Source: Roseiarcus sp.
GTDB taxonomy: Bacteria; Pseudomonadota; Alphaproteobacteria; Rhizobiales; Beijerinckiaceae
DNA: 59,046 bases
Direction: 5' to 3'
NCBI GenBank assembly: GCA_035308265.1
Contig: DATGHB010000403.1
Coordinates: 1 to 59,046, forward strand
Both the position numbers and the translations under genes were made by a program. Below the pieces are notes generated by a model that saw only the letters and a program-made list of their open reading frames with translations, searched no databases and was not told where the DNA came from. Of this stretch, positions 28,834 to 37,108 are shown in pieces. Each line of letters opens with the position of its first letter. The first letter of the stretch is position 1.

Positions 28834-30543
28834 TCAAGGCGCACGCGAGGGAGCGAGCGCGTCAACCGCCTCCTCAACGCTGCGGAAAACGTGGTCGCGG
28901 CCGATCAGCGCGAGCAGTCCGAGCCGCTCGAAGCTGTGCTGCGCGCGCACCGATTCGAGCCGCGCGAGAGCCAGGTCGACGCCCTGGCCGCGCAGCTGGC
29001 GAATGAGGCCGGCAAGCACGCTCGCGGCCGTATAGTCGATCTCAGCCATCGCATTCGCCTCGATCACGATCAGCCTCGTCGGCGTATCGTCGCTGACGAC
29101 CCGCTCGATGGCGCGGCGGAAATTGTAAGCGTTGAGAAACGACAGCGGCGCCTGGGGCGCGATCACCCTCACGCCCGGCACGAGTTCGCCCTTCGCATCC
29201 TTGTCGCGCGGCCACCAGATCGACGTGCCGGCAATGCGCTCGAATTCGATCGTTTCGGCGCGGGTCGTCGTCCATAGGCCGTGCAGCGCCGACAGCAGGA
29301 CGCCGATGAACACGCCGCCCTCGATCGGCAGGGCCAGGATTGCGAAGGCGGTCGCAAGGATCAGCACAAACTCGGCCCGGCTTCGCATCCAAACGTCGCC
29401 CATCACGTTGACCTGGACGAGGCGCGCCGCCACGAAAAGGAGGACGCCCGCGAGCGCGGCTGAAGGCGTGTGGGCGAACGCTCGACCTGCGAACAGGAGA
29501 ACCCCGAGCGCCGCCGCGGCCGAGACCAGTCCCGCGAGCTGCGACCTGCAACCCGCCTCCGCCACCACCGTTGTCGAGGGAGGACTCGCATCGACAGGGA
29601 AGGCGCCGATGAAACCAGCGAGCGCGTTGGCGGCGCCGACGCCGATGAAATCCCGATTGACGTCTGGACCCTCGGCGCTGTTGGGGAATGCGCGCGTGGT
29701 CGTCGCGGTCTGCACCATCACCACGAGCGCAATGAGCAGGGCGAGCGGCGCGATGACGCGGAACTCGTCCCAGGAGATTGCCGGCGCCGAGAAACGAGGG
29801 GCGGCGCCGGCAATCGATCCGAGCGTCGCCACCCCCTTGGCCTCGAGACCGAGCGCAACCGTCGCCAATCCGGCGAGGACAAGGCCGATCAGCGCGCCGG
29901 GAAACCGGGGACTCAAGCATTCGCCCGCGACCATGATCGCGACCACGCCGAAGGCGATCGCCAATGTCCAGGGATTGGCCGCCGGAGCCCGCTCGATGAG
30001 GGACAAGGCTTGCTCGGCAAGCGAGCCCTTGACCGGTTCGACGCCGAGCGCCGACGGCGCCTGGGAAACCAGAATGTGCCCCGCGATGCCGGCAAAGAAG
30101 CCGGTCGTCACCGGAATGGACAAGAGGTCCGCGACGAAGCCGAGTTTCAGCGCGCCGGCGCAGATAAGAATGATCCCGACCGCGACCCCGAGCGCCGCCG
30201 CGGCCGCCGCATAATCGGCCGGTCCCGCCGCGGCGAGCACGGCTAAGGCGCCGGCGAAGATCGGCGCGATGGTCGAATCGGCGCCGACCGAAAGACGCCG
30301 GCTGTCGCCGAACAGCGCGAACCCGACGGCGCCGGCGACCAGCACCAGCAAGCCAGTCTGCGGCGCGAAGTTGGCGAGCCGGGCGGTCGCCATCTGCGAG
30401 GGAATGGCGATGGCGGCGAGCGTCAGGCCGGCGAGAAGATCGGCGCCGAGGTCGCGCGGACGCCAGCCGGCGAAAGACCGCAGCAAGACCCAGGGGCGTC
30501 CGGGGCTTGCGGGGGCGGAGGTCTCTTTGGCTGGCTCAGTCAT
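28834..30543 (-). CDS. SulP-family anion transporter with STAS domain
   Basis: DLLAGLTLAAIAIP motif, many TM helices and C-terminal STAS (LSFLNA, EIDYTA). Confidence 0.92.
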   Translation of the reverse strand: MTEPAKETSAPASPGRPWVLLRSFAGWRPRDLGADLLAGLTLAAIAIPSQMATARLANFAPQTGLLVLVAGAVGFALFGDSRRLSVGADSTIAPIFAGALAVLAAAGPADYAAAAAALGVAVGIILICAGALKLGFVADLLSIPVTTGFFAGIAGHILVSQAPSALGVEPVKGSLAEQALSLIERAPAANPWTLAIAFGVVAIMVAGECLSPRFPGALIGLVLAGLATVALGLEAKGVATLGSIAGAAPRFSAPAISWDEFRVIAPLALLIALVVMVQTATTTRAFPNSAEGPDVNRDFIGVGAANALAGFIGAFPVDASPPSTTVVAEAGCRSQLAGLVSAAAALGVLLFAGRAFAHTPSAALAGVLLFVAARLVQVNVMGDVWMRSRAEFVLILATAFAILALPIEGGVFIGVLLSALHGLWTTTRAETIEFERIAGTSIWWPRDKDAKGELVPGVRVIAPQAPLSFLNAYNFRRAIERVVSDDTPTRLIVIEANAMAEIDYTAASVLAGLIRQLRGQGVDLALARLESVRAQHSFERLGLLALIGRDHVFRSVEEAVDALAPSRAP

Positions 30544-30558
30544 CTCAATCCCGCGCCC

Positions 30559-31554
30559 TCAGCCACCGAAGCGCTGTCGATAGTCCTGTGGGCTCACCCC
30601 CTGGAGCCGCGCGAAACTTCGCCGCATCGTCTCTTCCGAGCCGAACCCGCAGCGCGCCGCGATCCGCTTGGCGGGCAGGCGAGTCTCGGTGAGGAACTGG
30701 CGGGCCGCCTCGACCCGCAGCCGCTCGATCGCGCGCGCGGGCGTTAGCCCCGTCGCCTCGCGATAGCGGCGCAGGAAGGTCCGCTCGCTCATCGCCGCCT
30801 GTGACGCCAGGCGGGAGAGCGGCAGCTTCTCGGCGAGATGTTCGACGAGCCATCCCTGCAGGTCGGCGAAATGGTCGTCCGCCGATTGCAGCGAGAGCGC
30901 CGCGCTGAACTGCGCCTGTCCTCCCGGCCGTTTGAGGAACACCACCAGGTGGCGCGCGACCCTGAGCGCGATCGCGCGTCCGAAGTCTTCCTCGACCAGC
31001 GCCAGCGCGAGATCGATGCCGGCCGTCACGCCGGCCGAGCTCCAAATCGGGCCGTCCCGGACGAAAATCGGATCGGGCTCGACCATCACGGCGGGATGGC
31101 GCCGGCTGAGCAGGTCGCAATATTCCCAATGCGTAACGGCGCGGCGCTTGTCGAGCAGGCCCGCCGCCGCAAGCAGGAAGGCGCCGGTGCAGACCGAGGC
31201 CGTCCGTCGCGCGGCGCCGGCGCGAAGCTTGAGCCATCCGATCAGGCTCGCATCCTCGGCGGCCCGCATGACGCCCTGCCCGCCGGCCACGATCAGGGTG
31301 TCGAGCGGCTCGGCCGGCTCCGGCAGCGGCTCGGTCAAGAACATGAGCCCCGACGTGGCTCGCACCCGCACGCCTTCGGGCGCGATCACGCGGATCTCGT
31401 AAGGCGAGGCCATGTGGGGCCTGGCGGCCCAATAGCTGGCGTCGCTGAACACCTGGACCGGTCCGGCCACGTCCAGGAGCTGAACGTCCGGGAAGGCCAG
31501 CACTTCGACCTGCCGTGTCGCGGCTGGCGGGATTTGAGGGGGCTTTGGCGGCAT
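30559..31554 (-). CDS. GlxA-family regulator (DJ-1 domain plus AraC HTH)
   Basis: LLDVAGPVQVF, SVCTGAFLLAAAGLL, SSAGVTAGIDLAL, RPGGQAQFS and CGFGSEETMRRSF motifs. Confidence 0.93.
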   Translation of the reverse strand: MPPKPPQIPPAATRQVEVLAFPDVQLLDVAGPVQVFSDASYWAARPHMASPYEIRVIAPEGVRVRATSGLMFLTEPLPEPAEPLDTLIVAGGQGVMRAAEDASLIGWLKLRAGAARRTASVCTGAFLLAAAGLLDKRRAVTHWEYCDLLSRRHPAVMVEPDPIFVRDGPIWSSAGVTAGIDLALALVEEDFGRAIALRVARHLVVFLKRPGGQAQFSAALSLQSADDHFADLQGWLVEHLAEKLPLSRLASQAAMSERTFLRRYREATGLTPARAIERLRVEAARQFLTETRLPAKRIAARCGFGSEETMRRSFARLQGVSPQDYRQRFGG

Positions 31555-31611
31555 CGCCAAAGCGTGCGCTCCTAGATTGCCGATGTCGAGTTCAATTCGA
31601 GGAGCGCAGAG

Positions 31612-32166
31612 ATGTCCATCTTTGAAATCCAGACGGTCGACCGTGCGCCCGAAGGGTCCAGAGCGCCGCTCGAGAAACTGCGACAGACCTTCGGAATGGT
31701 CCCGAACGTCGCGGGCGTCATCGCCAATTCGCCGGTTCTGGCCAACATCTTCGTGCCGATGTTCCAGAGCGTGCACGGCGGGACCTTCACCGAAGCCGAG
31801 ATCCAGACCCTGCTTCTGACCAATGCGGTCACCAACTCTTGCGCCTGGGCGGTCGCCTTCCATAGCCATCTCGCGCTCAAGGCGGGCCTCGCTCCCGCCG
31901 ATGTGCAGGCGATCCGCGAGCGCCGCGCGCCGCGAGAGCCGCGTTACGCGGCCCTCTCGGCTTACACCCGCGGGCTGATCGAAAAGCGGGGCCATGTGGG
32001 CGAACAGGCGGTGACCGCGCTCCTCTCCTCCGGCTTCAGGCCGGACCAGGCGCTAGAGGCGCTGGCGGTCAGCGCCGCCTCCACGATCACCAACTACACC
32101 CTGAACGTCGCCGAGCCGCCGCTCGAGCCGATGTTTAAGGAACACGCGTGGCGCGCGGCGGCCTGA
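31612..32166 (+). CDS. Carboxymuconolactone decarboxylase/AhpD-like protein
   Basis: FGMVPNVAGVIANSP and NSCAWAVAFHS (one Cys instead of CxxC). Confidence 0.8.
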   Translation: MSIFEIQTVDRAPEGSRAPLEKLRQTFGMVPNVAGVIANSPVLANIFVPMFQSVHGGTFTEAEIQTLLLTNAVTNSCAWAVAFHSHLALKAGLAPADVQAIRERRAPREPRYAALSAYTRGLIEKRGHVGEQAVTALLSSGFRPDQALEALAVSAASTITNYTLNVAEPPLEPMFKEHAWRAAA

Positions 32167-32236
32167 GGTCGCCGCGCTGGTCGCTCACTCTCTACAGCCT
32201 TCCGCTTTTAGGTTTTCGCGCGATCGTCCCGCCCGC

Positions 32237-32378
32237 GCCTCCTCCCCCTTGTGGGGCAGGACCGAGGTGGGGGCTCGTGCTGACCTACGCAACTAGAGAG
32301 CAGGCCCGTTCGATACTCGCATCGGTCCGCGCGACCCCCCACCCCTACCCGCCCCCACAAGAGGGGGCGGCCGCGCTA
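32237..32378 (-). repeat. About 140-bp REP-like element, family 1 (inverted copy)
   Basis: Reverse complement begins CCGCCCCCTCTTGTGGGGGCGGGTAGGGGTGGGGGGTCGCGCGGAC, nearly identical to 56421-56466. Confidence 0.8.
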
Positions 32379-32430
32379 ACGCCATCGGTTACTCCCAAAC
32401 GCAGCGGGCTCTAACAATGCGGAGGATCAC

Positions 32431-33150
32431 ATGCTTCCCGAAACCACTCACCTGAACATCGGGTCGCTCCTGTTCGAGGACCTCGACCAGATCGACCTGA
32501 CCGGACCCTTCGAGGTGCTCTCCCGCATCCCCAACGCGACCTGCCGGACTTACGCGAAGTCGGCCGGCCCGGTGCGCGACCTGATGGGGCTTCGCCTCGC
32601 GCCCGACGCGACGCTCGCCGAGGCGCCGCCCCTCGACATCCTTCACGTCCCCGGCGGACGCGGGCAGGAGGCGCTGATGGAGGACGAGGAGGTCCTCGGC
32701 TGGCTGCGCGCCCAAGCGGAAGGCGCGAAGAAGGTCCTCTCCGTCTGCACCGGCGCCTTGCTCTGCGGCGCGGCGGGCCTGATCCGCGGCAAGCGCGCGA
32801 CCACGCACTGGGCGTCATTCCATCTTCTGCCCTGGTTCGGCGCGATCCCGGTGGACGAGCGGGTGGTCGTCGATGGGAAATGGATCTTCGCGGCCGGGGT
32901 CACGGCGGGAATTGACGGCGCGCTTCGGCTCGCCGCCGACGCGCGCGGCGCCCCCGCCGCAGAGCGCATCCAGCTCGATATCGCCTACGCGCCGGAACCG
33001 CCCTTTCAAAGCGGGACGCCGGAGACGGCGCCGCCGGAGATCGTGGCGGCCGCGCGTCGAGATGTGGCCGAACTGATCGGGCGGCGCGAGGCGACCGCGC
33101 GTCTGGCCGCCGCCAGGCTGGGCGTCGCGCCGCCTCGGCCGACAGTTTAA
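32431..33150 (+). CDS. DJ-1/PfpI family, isonitrile hydratase InhA-like
   Basis: DLTGPFEVLSR, SVCTGAL nucleophilic Cys, GVTAGIDGAL and IQLDIAYAPEPPFQSGTPETAP motifs. Confidence 0.88.
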   Translation: MLPETTHLNIGSLLFEDLDQIDLTGPFEVLSRIPNATCRTYAKSAGPVRDLMGLRLAPDATLAEAPPLDILHVPGGRGQEALMEDEEVLGWLRAQAEGAKKVLSVCTGALLCGAAGLIRGKRATTHWASFHLLPWFGAIPVDERVVVDGKWIFAAGVTAGIDGALRLAADARGAPAAERIQLDIAYAPEPPFQSGTPETAPPEIVAAARRDVAELIGRREATARLAAARLGVAPPRPTV

Positions 33151-33159
33151 GGGAATTCA

Positions 33160-33420
33160 CGATTCTGGCGACAATTTCTTGCGTAAAGCGGAAGCCGGCG
33201 CTATGGTCATAGGGTGGATGAGGAGAGCGGAGCGCGCTTGAGGCCTTCCGGTGCAACCTGGGAGGCGAGCTGGGAGCGGGGGGAATTTTTTTATTGTTTT
33301 CCGCCGTAACCCATTGAAAAGTCCCGATTCCGAAAAATAACCGCCAGTAAACGCCAGCAATTTTACTGGCGTCTGCTAGCGTTTGTTCGGATTATATTGG
33401 CGTTTGCTCGCGCCGAGCTC
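33160..33420 (+). repeat. Intergenic element copy C
   Basis: TTGCGT(33179)-N17-TATGGT(33202), core 33308-33337 and hairpin 33342-33371. Homologous to 6050-6335. Confidence 0.75.
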
Positions 33421-33457
33421 GCGCTTCGGTTGTATCGGGCGCGCGCCTTCGGCGGCT

Positions 33458-35443
33458 TCACGCGAACTTGACCACGCTGGGGTTGGCGGCCATCGTCGCG
33501 GCGCTCACCCCTCCGAGCGTGAGGCTGTCGCCGGTCGAATCGGAGATCGTCAGCCCGGAGGTCCCGCTGACGGCGTGCGCCAGCACCGCCGCCAGGTCCT
33601 GCGCCTGCGTCATGCCGGCGGTCAGGTAGGAGAATGACGACGAGGCGAGCTGGAGCGTGTCCAGACTTGCGCCCGAAGCCGCAAAGCCCTTGATCGTCTC
33701 GGCGCCGAAGGCCGGGCCAAGGACGAAGTGCTCGCCGCCGCTGGTGGTCGCGTCGATGGTTTCGACGGCATGGTAGACGAGCGGATCCGAGCCCATCCCC
33801 GCAGTCTGCAGGGATTCGCCGCCGGCGCCCCTCGTGATGGTCTGGCCGGGATCGTAGAGAACGAGCTCGTTTGCGGTCGCGCTCAGGTTCAGATCATCCG
33901 CGGCCAGGTTCTCGTAGCCGGAGCCATAGAACGATTCGTACGATTTGTAGGCCCGGCCTTCGACGTTCGAATAAGCGTACTCCGCCGGCGCGCCGGCAGC
34001 CGTCTTGACCTTGCTCTCGGTCAACGCCGCGCCATACGCCAGATCGGCTGACGACTGGGAGGGCGTGAGCGCGAAGTTGGCGGCGGTCAGCGGATCCAGT
34101 CCCGAGAGCGTGATGGTGAAGTCGGGCGTGGTGTTGCCCGCGTCGCCGGCCAGGTCGGCCTCGACGTAGGTGACGTCCTTTGTCGGGTTCAGTTGATAGC
34201 GCACCTCGGCGCCGGTTCCGCTGAACGCCGCGGAGCCGATGAAGGTGAAACTCTGGACGCCCGGCACAGTGAGGTTGGCGTCCATGCGGCTAAGGTCGAT
34301 GACGTCCTTGGCCGGATCGAAGCCGGACATCGAGTCGCCGCCATCGCCAATGGAGAGATAGGTGAGAATGTCGGCGTGCTGACCGCCCACCAGATACTGT
34401 TCGCCGTGGCCACCGACAAAGTTCGTCTCGCCCCCGCCCGCGAACAGGTGCACCCACAAACCGTTGCCCAGGAGCGTGGTCGGCGCGGACCCGCTGGCGA
34501 CGACATTGGCGGTGCTGGTCGCGGAGTCCACAGAGGCGGTTGGAAGACCGGCCGCCACATAGGCCGCCATGGCGTGGGTCGAAGCGGTGGGATTGGTGGA
34601 ATCGACGATCGTGGTCCCGGTCACGCTCGCAACGCCCATGGTGGTGGGCATATAGGCGCCATACGCATCAAACCCGATGGAATTGTTGGCGATCGAAACA
34701 TTGCTGATCGTGTAGGTGGCGCTTGAGACCCCTGCCTCGACCGTGAAGTTTCCGCCGAGCAGGTAATTGTCCGAAATGGTGACATTGGTCAGATCGCCAA
34801 ATGTATTGGAAAGCCGAATGTCGCTATTCGGCACTCCCGGTGCGTCCGCATTCGCGGTCCCGTCGATGAAGTTGTCCGTTATGACGGTCGGCCCGGTTGA
34901 GCCATCCACCCAAATCGCATCCGCATGAGCGCCCGTAGCGTACGCCGCGCCGGAGAAGTAATTGCCCGTGACGACGCCCGAGCGGATGTCGATGGCGTCG
35001 GTCGGCGAATCGAGAAAGCTGTTGTCCTTGATCGTCAGCGTTTGGGTCGACTGGATCCAGTTGTTGGTCTCGGTCGGCGATTTCGAGCCCTGGAACGTGC
35101 AGTTCTCCACGGTCGCGCCGCTAGCGCCGGGCGTTTGGAACACCGCATAATACGGATTGCTCGTCCCAGTGAACGTGCAGTCCTTGATCGTGACATTGCT
35201 GGCCTCGATATAGACCGTCGCAGAGCCGAAATTGATGCCGCTGAGCACGGCGCCGGCCTGAGTGACGAAGACCGTATTCTTGGCGGGCGAATAAAAATAC
35301 GACGCTTTGGAATTCTGAGTGATCCCGGCGAGGCCGAGCAGCGAAGACGCGGCGAGCGGATTGCCCGTCTCTGTGTCGATGCCCGGCAAAACTGCGCCGG
35401 GGTCGGCGTTGCGGATCGCTTGGATTTGTTCGGCGGTGATCAT
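33458..35443 (-). CDS. Secreted right-handed beta-helix protein with degenerate RTX repeats and serralysin-like C-terminal domain
   Basis: PbH1-like repeats (TIKDCTF, TVENCTF, TIKDNSF, VITDNFI, TISDNYL), Gly-rich nonapeptides and DVIDLSRMDAN...FTFIGSAAFSG. No N-terminal signal peptide. Confidence 0.75.
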   Translation of the reverse strand: MITAEQIQAIRNADPGAVLPGIDTETGNPLAASSLLGLAGITQNSKASYFYSPAKNTVFVTQAGAVLSGINFGSATVYIEASNVTIKDCTFTGTSNPYYAVFQTPGASGATVENCTFQGSKSPTETNNWIQSTQTLTIKDNSFLDSPTDAIDIRSGVVTGNYFSGAAYATGAHADAIWVDGSTGPTVITDNFIDGTANADAPGVPNSDIRLSNTFGDLTNVTISDNYLLGGNFTVEAGVSSATYTISNVSIANNSIGFDAYGAYMPTTMGVASVTGTTIVDSTNPTASTHAMAAYVAAGLPTASVDSATSTANVVASGSAPTTLLGNGLWVHLFAGGGETNFVGGHGEQYLVGGQHADILTYLSIGDGGDSMSGFDPAKDVIDLSRMDANLTVPGVQSFTFIGSAAFSGTGAEVRYQLNPTKDVTYVEADLAGDAGNTTPDFTITLSGLDPLTAANFALTPSQSSADLAYGAALTESKVKTAAGAPAEYAYSNVEGRAYKSYESFYGSGYENLAADDLNLSATANELVLYDPGQTITRGAGGESLQTAGMGSDPLVYHAVETIDATTSGGEHFVLGPAFGAETIKGFAASGASLDTLQLASSSFSYLTAGMTQAQDLAAVLAHAVSGTSGLTISDSTGDSLTLGGVSAATMAANPSVVKFA

Positions 35444-35719
35444 ACTGTTACGCCTCGTCACAACGCGGGAAGACCCGCTACCGCTCGAGCAATAACCCCC
35501 GGGCCGTTGTCCGCCACTGAACCTCACTGTTAAACTTCAATCCGTCCGACTTTTGCCGCCGTCCGCTCCCCAGCCGACTTCGAACAACGACTCTTTTTTG
35601 GGACTTTTTTTGTTCGACTCGGATCGTCTGCGTCAAGGCAGGCGCAAGCACGCGCTCTGCGGCCGAACCGGCGCGTTCCAATCGCCGGGCCCGCGACAGC
35701 AGCGCGCCGCCCCTCAGGA

Positions 35720-35965
35720 TCAGGAGGGACTGTGTCTGACGATGATGAAGGTGTAGCCGATTCCGGCGGCGATCAGGATGACCGCTAAGACGTTCATCGG
35801 CACGTTGTTTCCGGCATGGTTGCCGACCTGATTGGCGATTGCAAAAGCCACCGCAGGCAGCATGAAATGCGCCAGGACCTTCATGCCGCCTTCAGTGAAC
35901 ATGAAATAGGTGAGGACGACGCATATGAAGCATATCATCGTGACAAAATCGTAGACGGTCTGCAT
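35720..35965 (-). CDS. Small three-helix membrane protein resembling XrtV sorting-system accessory proteins
   Basis: MQTVYDFVTMICF...FAIANQVGNH. Lies immediately downstream of the exosortase. Family recalled, not searched. Confidence 0.65.
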   Translation of the reverse strand: MQTVYDFVTMICFICVVLTYFMFTEGGMKVLAHFMLPAVAFAIANQVGNHAGNNVPMNVLAVILIAAGIGYTFIIVRHSPS

Positions 35966-36106
35966 GCCTTCGGTCGAGCTCCCCGGCCGGGCGATTGTGG
36001 GCCCAGCCGCTCCCTCATAACGTGAACCGAAAAACCTAAAGGACCACGCCAATTCGCCCGATGAGGCGGGAAAAATCTCCTGGGTCCCGCGCGGCGCCGC
36101 CCGCTC

Positions 36107-37042
36107 TCAAACCGCCGCCTGCGCGCCCCAGGAGACAAGCGTCTTTCGGATCACGTATTCGACCGCGATCAGCACGCGATCGAGAAAGAAGAACAGCGCC
36201 AGCGCGAACACGAACAGCGCGATCCCTGTGAGGTCGTGGAACAGGCCCTCGATCGTATCGACGCCGAGATAGTAAGCCCCGAGGACGAGCGTGACGACGC
36301 GGAAGACGTTGGCCAGAATGGTGATTGGAACAATCGACAGGATCAGGATCAGCCTGCGGACAGGGTGGCGGCGCACAAACTCGTGCACGTAGAAGATGCC
36401 GATGGCGGACAAGGCGAAGATCGAATTGATGCCCGAACAGGCGTCTTTGACCATGAGCTCGTAGGAGCCGATCATGATCATCGCCCCGTTCTGGGCCACC
36501 GGGTAGCCGAGATCATAAAGAAAGTTGGAGACAATATCTGAAATCCATACTTTCAGCGGCACGGTGAATGCATCGAGCAGCCACCCGGGCGGGGGGATGG
36601 AAAAGACCAGAAAGGCGAGAGGAAACGCGAAAACGCGCGCCAGCGGCCAGCCGCCGACGAGCAAAACGCATCCCAACAGCACCGGGATCTGGGTTGCGAC
36701 CTCCACCATCGGGATGTCCTGCGACCGCGCGACCGCCATCGCAAGCAGGGAAAGGATGAGAATGATCCAGCCGGCCACCAGCGCCGGCTTGAGTTCGATG
36801 TCGCGGATCCTGTCGCGCTGCTGCCAGGCCAGCCACGCCGCGGCCAGCATGATGAGGGGCCCGTGCCCCTCCTGCTCGGTGCGCCACGCGGTTCCGGCCA
36901 ACCTCAGATAGGTCGGCAAGTAGGCGACGAGGAAGGACGCCGCAAGCGCGGCGAGGAACGCCAGATTGACGCCGCGCCTTTCTACGCGAGCCGACAGGGA
37001 GGCTGGCTGAACGGACTCGGATTTCAGGGTCTCGATCGACAT
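36107..37042 (-). CDS. Exosortase (XrtV/XrtB-like)
   Basis: EQEGHGPLI motif, catalytic Cys (DACSGINS), Arg (ANVFRV) and His (FHDLTG), and about 8 TM helices. Confidence 0.92.
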   Translation of the reverse strand: MSIETLKSESVQPASLSARVERRGVNLAFLAALAASFLVAYLPTYLRLAGTAWRTEQEGHGPLIMLAAAWLAWQQRDRIRDIELKPALVAGWIILILSLLAMAVARSQDIPMVEVATQIPVLLGCVLLVGGWPLARVFAFPLAFLVFSIPPPGWLLDAFTVPLKVWISDIVSNFLYDLGYPVAQNGAMIMIGSYELMVKDACSGINSIFALSAIGIFYVHEFVRRHPVRRLILILSIVPITILANVFRVVTLVLGAYYLGVDTIEGLFHDLTGIALFVFALALFFFLDRVLIAVEYVIRKTLVSWGAQAAV

Positions 37043-37108
37043 GCCGCCCTCGAAAGTCTTGAGCCGGACCCGCTTCGCCGGCCGAAGTCCTCGGCGCCGC
37101 CCGCGTCC

